From Octopus sinensis (Eukaryota), in the NCBI RefSeq assembly GCF_006345805.1, contig NC_043001.1:100130001-100194000 (forward strand): DNA of 64,000 nt, read 5' to 3'. The notes under the pieces were generated by a model. That model had not been told where the DNA came from, made no database searches, and saw nothing but the letters and a program-made list of their open reading frames with translations. How positions within the stretch are numbered: position 1 is the first letter of the stretch; each line of letters begins with the position of its first letter. Below, in pieces: positions 54,501-64,000 of this stretch. The translations under genes were made by a program, and so were the position numbers.

Positions 54501-55944
54501 TTGTTTAGAATTAATTGAACCGATTCCTAGCATGGCTACAGATAATAATTTCATCAATCTCAGATCAACGAAAGCTAATTTCGTTGTGACAATATTTGGA
54601 ATTATAATCCCTTTTGTTCTTTTATTGTTTTATACTGGATTCAGTTATTATTGCTCTGCACCCATCCTGGGACAGATTTTCTTCAACGATTTCATTCCAT
54701 CATGCTAACCCCAACCACTTCTGGTGATCAATTTATTAATATTTATTTGCTGAACTGCTAGGCTATGAAAAGTAAAAAGGAACACAACATAAGCGAAAAT
54801 GCCAGATATTTTATGCCAACATAAACATACACACAGACACACACACACACACACACGTACATATACATGCACACACACATGCACATATTCACACACACAT
54901 ACACACATGCACTCTCATACACACACAAACTCACACATAAATACAAATACACACACACACACGCCTCTATGAACTCAAAATAGATTTCTACACATTTTCC
55001 AGCACCCCAATTCTACCCCGTGGCTTTTGTAGAAACTACCCAAAGTGCTATGCATGGGATTTGATCTTGGATTAATGAGAGCCTCTTCACCATGGCATCA
55101 TGTCTGCATTTGTTAAAGGACAGACATGGCTGTAAATCTAAAAGAATTAATTGACATTTCTGCATGATATAATGTATTGTTTACTTCTGGAATGATTTAA
55201 TCTTTATGGTAAAATATAACCACCACCGCCACCACCACCACCATTCACCACCGGCAGCAGCAGCAGTACTGCTGCCACCACCACCACCACCACTTCCCCT
55301 ATCGTTATCACTATTGTGATGGTGAGTTTGCAACTATCGCCATCTATCCCTCTTCTGTCACCATTCTATTCTTTCTGCCAATCTCTGCATCATAAATTAT
55401 TATCTGTAAAGACATTTTTTTTCTCTTCAGATCTGACATAATCATTTCTTCCTAAGTCATCTCTGATCTTATTTCCATCATAATGGCCAACTTACATTAA
55501 CCCTACAGACTGCTTTTCATTTAACTTGTATTATGCAAATCTTTGCTTGCAGAATGAACAGAGCAGGATATTATTTTGCTTAAAATAACTGAGAAGAACA
55601 AGGTTACATGGAGAGAAAGAGTCTGAAAATCGGCTCCAATATCCTAACAACTTGCTTTTGGGTTAAGAGATATCAATATATCTTTAGTTCTGTATTTAGA
55701 TAGTTGTGTAAGCTTCTGACATCGAGAGTATAAAGTACCATTACTTACTGCACAGTAGAATGTTTGTTAGAGTCTGTTAGTACAAGAAAATATTACTGTC
55801 TTTTGGTAAAAGCTTTCAAGTGACAAACCAATAAAAATGAACACTTTGTACATGATATTCTTCCTACAAACTTGTGACTGGAGATTTCCTAATCTGATTT
55901 CTATCTTGTGTTGTTGTTGTTGTTGTTAATATAATTTATATTCA

Positions 55945-56140
55945 AAGCGGCAAGCTGGCAGAAATATTAGCATGCCGCAAAAAGCTTAGCAGCATTTTGT
56001 TTGTCATTACGTTCTGAGTTCAAATTCTGTTGAGGTTGACTTTGTGTTTCTTCCTTTCAGGGTCGATAATATAAGTACCAGATGCACACTGGGGTCGATG
56101 TAATCAACTTAACTCTGCTCCTGAAACTGCTGGCCTTTTG
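55945..56140 (+). mobile_element. SINE family C
   Basis: cctttcagggtcgataatataagtacc. Confidence 0.75.
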
Positions 56141-56499
56141 AACAAGTATAATTCCTATTCATTTCTGACTTTGATAGAAAGCCAAAATGTGTTCAAGTCC
56201 CAACAATTAACTGGTATTTAATCTTTTGATCTATAGGAGAATCAAAGGCAAAGCTGAACGACTGGAAATTAATCACAGAAAGATAGAGAATGGGATAAAA
56301 AGCAAAAAATTTTTGTCCAGCTTTCTAGTTTTTCTATTTAAATATGGCCCTTGTGTTACATATTTTTACAGAATATCTGGATTCTAACAATACACATCTG
56401 TCTGCTTGTCAATATAGTTTTTTGATACACATTGAAATAAGGGCTCATGTAAAATGCACTCGTGACGGTACCATGCAGAAGTGTCTCTGTGGTGTCACA

Positions 56500-57385
56500 T
56501 AAAATGTGCATGTAGCACCATGTAAGAGTGTCCATGTGATGCCATTTAAAAAAGCACCCAGCACACACATTATGAAGGGCATCCAGCCATAGAAACCATG
56601 CCAAGTCAAACCGGAGTCTGGTGCAGCTCCCCATCTTGCTAGCTCTGGTCAAACTGTCCAACCCATGCCAGCATGAACAACAGACGTTAAATGATAATGG
56701 TGATGGTGATGGTGATGATATATAAGAGCTTTGAGGGAATTATTTCAGTATGTGACTGACATTTATTTTATCAATCAAAGATAAATGAAAGGTAAGCTCA
56801 GTCATATAGGATTTGAACTTAGATCAAACTAAATACTTTAAGGAATTCAGTCAACCATTCTTTCGTATTTACTCTTCAGCTTTTGGTAGATTTTAAACAT
56901 AAGTGTTGTAGTGCTCATGAATTTCCTCAAAGTATTATTGTGAAGTGACAGCAATCGGCAGAGATCAGTTTCAACCTATAAAGAAATTGGTCATTATTCA
57001 ACATATTTTACAATATCAATGAAAATAAATATTTCAATCCTGTTTTGTTTCTTACTGGCACTTGTGCCGGTGGCATGTAAACAAGACATTCGAGTAAGGC
57101 CGTTGCCAGTGCCGCTGGACTGACTCCTGTGTAGGTGACACATAAAAAACCACCATTTCGAGCATGGCCATTTCCAGTACCGCCAGACTGGCCCTCGTGT
57201 CAGTGGCATGTAAAAGCACCCACTACACTCTCAGAGTGGTTGGCATTAGGAAGAGCATCCAGCTGTAAAAACTCTGCCAGATCAAGATTGGAGCCTGGTG
57301 CAGCCATCTGGCTCGCCAACCCTCAGTCAAATCGTCCAATCCATGCCAACATGGAAAGCAGACATTAAACGATGATGATGATGAT
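56500..57385 (+). mobile_element. Two SINE family B copies (56500-56718 and 57045-57385)
   Basis: ggcatccagc...catgccagcatg...gacgttaaatgat tails. Confidence 0.75.
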
Positions 57386-58994
57386 TTCAAACTGAAACAA
57401 CACCAAGATAAATTTTTCCTCTAAAAAGCAAAATGTCAGTACAAAGGAAAACTATCAAACACATCGACCGAATCATTTCTTGGCATTGAAGGGGCTGTGA
57501 AGGAATAAAAATATGCGGATCCATAGTAGCAGCCTTGAAAAACATGTGAAACTGATAATGTTGATTATCATGAGAATAGAAGAGAGAAAAGAGGAACATA
57601 CAAAAAGGACTTTAGTTGGCATTACTTGTAATCTCTCAGGTTTGACCTTAACCCCCCACCTCACCCACCTGAAGAAATCAGAATGTTCTCTGAAGATTTA
57701 TTACATAACTTGAATTTCACCTAAAAGTTTACTTCAGTAACATTCTGACCGAATTGGAAAAGCTGTGAAGAGGGTTTAATTTTATGAATGTTAGGAATTT
57801 CCAGAGTGGCCCCCTTTTGTTCACTAAAACATATTATTGGCACATCAAAGGAATCCTGGGTGGCTTTGAGAACTTCAGATAGAATTGTTTACATTGATAA
57901 TGCTTTACATCTTATCTTGTAGATTTCTGAGTGGAAGCACGTATATATCAGCTTCCATATATTCCCAAAGTCAAAAGTTACAGCACAGCTAAGCCTGGAC
58001 TCGAGGTTTGCTATTAAAATCCATATCCTTTGTTGATAATCTTCATCTGTAGCAGACTTGATATTCTCATCTGGTATTCTTCCAGTTTTGCTAAAACTAT
58101 TGACTCGCTTCTTTGCTGGAAGATTAAACCAGTTCTTTCATCATATTATTTCCCTATTACAAAAACTGCATTTCAACACCTCTTGCTCTTTAATGCTTCA
58201 TTCGATCAATTTTTTCCTCCTCATTCTTCAGTCCTTCAATTCTTATTATTCTTGATTACACTTCAGTTCTTACATCCTACATCTTTCCTTCCTAAACTAT
58301 TCCTCCATCCACTCCCGATTCCTTATTCTACTATTGCTACCCTACCGCCATTCCATTCTCCCTGTATCTTATTCTCCATCTAAATCCATTATTCTTTACC
58401 TACATCCATCCCTCTATTCCTTACTCTAGCATCTCTTATTAACTCTCTCCTCTTCCTCCCCTGCTTCTCTGGATATCACATTATTTGTCCTGTCACTTAC
58501 TGGTCTTTCATCATAACTGGAGACAGTCGATTAGTTCACCTCTTCTCCGCTTTACGCCTCACCCTCACCACGGCCTTTTGTTCCTGGAAACGAGGAAGAT
58601 CTTCTTCCTACAGTTATCATTGTTACTTAAAGCAAATAATGTTTATTCTTAATTTAGCAGAATCAACAAAGAAGATTAAGTAGACATAGCTTCTGCGAGG
58701 AAACTTTTCTGTTTATTTACCGTATTGAGAATGACAAGCTGAGTTGATAGAGTACCGAGCTACCAAACAGCAGGTCACGAGTTCACATCCGGTTATTGCA
58801 CTGTATTGTGTGTGGCAAAGGCATTATTTAATTGTCAACAACTTTTCACTGCGTACGGAGAAAAGTACAGAGAAAAGTACAGAGGAAAGTACAGAGGAAA
58901 GCACTGTAAGAACATGGTAAAACGACAAATTTATTCTCAACCTAAAATATTGGATTCAATTTCTTCCTCAGAAATACTTTGAATTGAAAAATGT

Positions 58995-59048
<54 letters not shown>

Positions 59049-59505
59049 TGTGTGTTGGTGGGTGGGGGCAGTGGTTTCAGTGAGATTGCATTGTCTTTGT
59101 CACATAATGAGAGCTGAACTCAATGCTAGCAGTGGAGCAGAGGTGACTCCATGGCACAGAGTTTAGTTAAATTTTTACTGAATCCGATCATTTGTTGGAT
59201 CCTGAAAAAAAACTGCTTAGAATAAGGGTCTCCAAAGATGCCGAGTGTAGCATTTGTTGGTGGGAAAGGAGGAGCTAAGCTGAGTGACACAGGGACATAT
59301 AAATTGGGACTGAAATTGAAGAATGAAGAAATCTGTTCCATGTAAAGAACAAAAAATTAAAAACAAAAACATGAAAATAGTTCAAATGGCAAATAGTGAA
59401 AGAGTTGAGGAGACTAGGAAGAAAGAAAGCTACTATGCTCCTCCATTGTAAGTAACAAGATATGAATGTGCTGATAGAAAAACTGGTCATATGAGCAACA
59501 GGACA

Positions 59506-59850
59506 TCATCATCATCATCATCATTTAACATCTGCTTTCCATGCTGGCATGGGTTGGACGGTTTGACTTAGGACTGGCAAGCCATAAGGCTACACCAGGC
59601 TCCAATCTGATCTGGCAAAGTTTCTACAGTTGGATGCCCTTTCTAATGCCAACCACTCTGAGAGTGTAGTGGGTGCTTTTTACATGCATGACAGTCAGGT
59701 GGTACTGGCATGTGCCACGCTTGAATGGTGCTTTTTTATGTGCCACTGGCACAGGAGCCAATCAGGTGACACTGGCAATGACCATGCTCGAATGGTGCTT
59801 TTTACATGCCACCAGTATGGGTCCAGTCAGTATGGTGCTCTTTATAGGCA
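59506..59850 (-). mobile_element. SINE family B
   Basis: (CAT)n then tttaacatctgctttccatgctggcatggg. Confidence 0.8.
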
Positions 59851-60249
59851 CACACATACACACATGCACACAAAAAAACAAAAAGGAATGCACTGTGAGT
59901 AACGGATAGAGTCCACGACTTTTGAAAAGGTTGCAAAATGCAATGGAAATTTTAGAAAAATAAAAAAGAAATAAGTGGAAATTTTACTGGGGAGGGTGTT
60001 ACATTTTATAAGGCACTAAAAGAGAATGACTCTCCCCAGACACAACAGTATATATATATATATATTGTGAAAATTTACAAAAAAGCAAAAAAAAAAAACA
60101 AAAGATGAAGACGGGTGTGTAAACAAAAAACAGATGTATTAGTCTAACGCTCGGGATGTGAGAAAGTCTTTTACATTTCGAGCCTACACTCTTCAACAGA
60201 AAGGAGCACAGAAAGAAACAGGGAAAGAAAAAAAATATATATATATATA

Positions 60250-60950
60250 TATACGATGTCTGTGTGTGAACAGCTGTACTGCATGTTTCACAGCATGGCA
60301 GTGAAACATGGGCTATAACAACTGAGGACATGCATAGCCTTGAGAGAAATGTAGCCTGTATGCTTTGCTGGATGTGCAATGTCAGAAAGCATGTTTGACA
60401 AAGTGCAAGCATCTTGAGAGAACAGTTAAGCTTAAGAGGAATCAGATGTGGTGTGCAAGAGAGACGACTGCACTGGTATGGTCATGTGATGCATATGGAG
60501 GAGAACAGCTGTGTAAAGAAGTGCTGGTCTCTAACTGTGGAGAGAACCTGTGGTAGACGTAGACCCAGGAAGACATGGGATGAGGTGGTGAAGCATGACC
60601 TTTGAACTTTGAGCCTCACAGAAGCAATGAGTAATGACCAAGACCTTTGGCAATGTGCTCTGCTTGAGAGGATCCATTAAGCCAAGCGCAGCCATATTAG
60701 TGGCACATAAGTAAAATCAACCTTTGAATGTTGGGCCTGACAGAGACAAAGTGGCTGAGTTCCTTTTGAATGATGGCCTCACGGAGGCAATGACAAAGGC
60801 CTTTGGCATTATGTCGTGCTGAGAAGAAGAAGACCCATCAAGCCAAGCAAAATAGCAGTTGTGGAAGATACTGGTGTTGCATAAATTGGCACATAAATGC
60901 ACCACAGTGTCATGCAAATGGCACCTGTGCTGGTGGCACATAAAAGCACG

Positions 60951-61005
<55 letters not shown>

Positions 61006-61006
61006 G

Positions 61007-61061
<55 letters not shown>

Positions 61062-61779
61062 GATGTCTGTGTGTGAACAGCTGTACTGCATGTTTCACAG
61101 CATGGCAGTGAAACATGGGCTATAACAACTGAGGACATGCATAGCCTTGAGAGAAATGTAGCCTGTATGCTTTGCTGGATGTGCAATGTCAGAAAGCATG
61201 TTTGACAAAGTGCAAGCATCTTGAGAGAACAGTTAAGCTTAAGAGGAATCAGATGTGGTGTGCAAGAGAGACGACTGCACTGGTATGGTCATGTGATGCA
61301 TATGGAGGAGAACAGCTGTGTAAAGAAGTGCTGGTCTCTAACTGTGGAGAGAACCTGTGGTAGACGTAGACCCAGGAAGACATGGGATGAGGTGGTGAAG
61401 CATGACCTTTGAACTTTGAGCCTCACAGAAGCAATGAGTAATGACCAAGACCTTTGGCAATGTGCTCTGCTTGAGAGGATCCATTAAGCCAAGCGCAGCC
61501 ATATTAGTGGCACATAAAGTAAAATCAACCTTTGAATGTTGGGCCTGACAGAGACAAAGTGGCTGAGTTCCTTTTGAATGATGGGCCTCACGGAGGCAAT
61601 GACAAAGGCCTTTGGCATTATGTCGTGCTGAGAAGAAGAAGACCCATCAAGCCAAGCAAAATAGCAGTTGTGGAAGATACTGGTGTTGCATAAATTGGCA
61701 CATAAATGCACCACAGTGTCATGCAAATGGCACCTGTGCTGGTGGCACATAAAAGCACGTATCTATCTATCTATCTATC

Positions 61780-61817
<38 letters not shown>

Positions 61818-61824
61818 GTATCTA

Positions 61825-61870
<46 letters not shown>
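60250..61870. repeat. Tandem duplication, unit about 0.81 kb, containing an RTE 3' fragment
   Basis: Identical ORFs offset by 807 bp (60414 vs 61221). Confidence 0.95.
60410..60680 (+). mobile_element. RTE-clade LINE 3' fragment (duplicated at 61217-61487)
   Basis: QERRLHWYGHVMHM...GRRRPRKTWDEVVKHDL. Confidence 0.8.
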
Positions 61871-61879
<9 letters not shown>

Positions 61880-61882
<3 letters not shown>

Positions 61883-62276
61883 TTTACTTGTTCAGTCATT
61901 TTACTGCAGCCATGCTGGAGCACCGCCTTTAGTCGAGCAAATCGACCCCGGAACTTATTCTTTGTAAGCCCAGTACTTATTCTATCGGTCTCTTTTGCCG
62001 AACCGCTAAGTGACGGGGACGTGAACACACCAGCATCGGTTGTCAAGCAATGCTAGAGGGACAAACACAGACACACAAACATATACATACACATACATAC
62101 ATATATATACATATATACGACAGGCTTCTTTCAGTTTCCGTCTACCAAATCCACTCACTAGGCATTGGTCGGCCCGAGGCTATAGCAGAAGACACTTGCC
62201 CAAGATGCCATGCAGTGGGACTGAACCCAGAACCATGTGGTTGGTAGGCAAGCTACTTACCACACAGCCACTCCTG
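61880..62276 (-). mobile_element. SINE family A, full-length
   Basis: Homology to the other copies. Confidence 0.9.
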
Positions 62277-62391
<115 letters not shown>

Positions 62392-62587
62392 ATATATTAC
62401 GTCATATGTAAACAAACATAAGTTAGATTTTGAAGCACTGAAATGTATTGTAGCACAAGTAGAAAGATACATTTTTTTCAACGCATACATAACAGACCAG
62501 CTGGTTGCTGACAGATTTTTCTGCTCTGTAAGGATTTTATCCGATATATGCAGTTTTATCAGTTGAAAAAGCATAGCTTTCTACTTA

Positions 62588-62653
<66 letters not shown>

Positions 62654-63529
62654 CATACATACATATATACATATATCAAGAGTGTGTGAAGGAGAGAAAG
62701 TTATATATATATATATATAGAGAGAGAGAGGTGGGGTCTCATATATGTCATGATGTAACTTCTGTTAATGGAGATTTTCTTTGCCATAGAAAGACAATAA
62801 GATCCATCTTGGTGTGTGTGAGATGTAAAATTAGCAAGCAAGATGGCTAATATTATCTATCTATCTATCTGTTTGTCTGTCTATCTATATGTATGTATGT
62901 AGATATGTGTATACACAGTATATGTGTATTATATGTATATTCATGTATATATGTATATATATATGTCATGTTTGGATTAACTATACATACATACATGCAT
63001 ACATACATACATACATACATACATACATACATACATACATACGTACGTACGTACGTATGTATGTATGTATGTATGCATATGGAACAGCTTTTCTGAGAGA
63101 CATGGCTGTGAAATCTGTCAGAAACAGGAGGGCATAGAAATTTGCTGCTGCCTTAATGGTGGATTGAGAGAACCAAAGAAGCAGATGGACTCTACAGACA
63201 GCAATCAATCAAGAGACTTTTTTTTCAAATTTCCTCAAAAGGTCTTTGTGCCAACAAAAATAGGAATGTTGCCAATTAAATCTGCAAACAGATATCTCAC
63301 TCTGATGACAATGTCGGCTCTATTGAGGGGGATGTGAAGAACATTTCAATGATATTTTATCATCAGACATAGGCTTGGCTGTGTGGTAAGAAGCTTTCTT
63401 CCGGTTTGCCATGATTCATTTGGTTTGTTGGATTAGTTTGAGATAGATGTGTGCTTTTTTGGCTATGCGACGTCTTTCATCTTGTGTGATGGTGGGACGT
63501 CGTTGTGAGAGGTTGAAGTGTTCTTCCTA

Positions 63530-64000
63530 GGAATTCAATTCGTCTGAGGAGGAGCTGGTGGAATGCTTGAAAAACATGGACAGGGAGATGGAGAGTGGGA
63601 ACTGTGCAGTGGTGGGTAAGAGAAGAATTGAAGAAGTTAATCTGGAGGAACTGAACAAGATCAAGAAAATGTTTAAAAGAGACGGGAATGATGTGAAGGT
63701 GTTCCCCACCAAAGAAGTATTAAAGGACAAGGCTGAACAGTCAATTGTCTACAGAACCTACGCAGTGGCAACAAGCTAAGTTGAAGGGGTGTTGAAGGCA
63801 CAGGTGGAAAAGGCACTAAGGCCAGTCTGGCAGGAAATATCATACCTTGCCAGGGGACGAAAATATGGAACGGTGGAGGTGCAATTTAGGAAGATAGCAA
63901 CTACCAGACTGCACTCAGCCACACCACTGAAGACAGACGAAGTGGTGCTTCTACCCGAATACCTTGGGAGACGTACTTCCTGGGTTGGGGTCGAAGACAT
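63530..64000 (+). mobile_element. Probable LINE (L1/Tx1-like) ORF1 N-terminal region, running off the window
   Basis: GC-balanced frame with one internal stop: ...EQSIVYRTYAVATS*VEGVLKAQVEKALRPVWQEISYLARGRKYGTVEVQF...LLPEYLGRRTSWVGVED. Confidence 0.45.

Noticed and set aside
57665-57780. CTGAAGA with tcagaatgtt/aacattctga stem
   Set aside because: GAAA is misplaced and helix I is not convincing.
63295-63370. CTGATGA motifs on both strands
   Set aside because: No GAAA in register and no helix I.

Overview
Eukaryotic, AT-rich, microsatellite-dense and repeat-dominated DNA. The SINE repertoire and the (TA)n/(CA)n/(GATA)n load resemble an Octopus (cephalopod) genome; this is recalled from memory and not verified. 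No intact host protein-coding gene is recognisable. The window holds decayed transposons: two L1-Tx1 LINEs plus a probable ORF1, a CR1-like RT, R4/Dong-like REL fragments, RTE 3' ends, Penelope-like RT/GIY-YIG remnants, three mariners, pogo/Tigger, a Chapaev3-like transposase, hAT and piggyBac MITEs and a Helitron-like element. There are also many tRNA-derived SINEs, two tandem duplications and one CpG-rich promoter-like island (about 20.2-20.8 kb). The most notable signal, read by eye, is a set of unrelated type I hammerhead ribozyme motifs with short, mostly palindromic helix III at about 9.1, 11.8, 18.2, 21.2/21.3 and 41.6 kb, plus decayed cores at 16.4/16.7 kb. Most lie inside or beside long fold-back inverted repeats that abut (TA)n or TA-rich tracts, and further long hairpins cluster at 20.8-22.6 kb. 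Minimal hammerheads in Penelope-like LTRs and retrozymes are established. Their recurrent coupling to fold-back duplications at TA microsatellites is my inference and is the main lead. Most TE boundaries are approximate.
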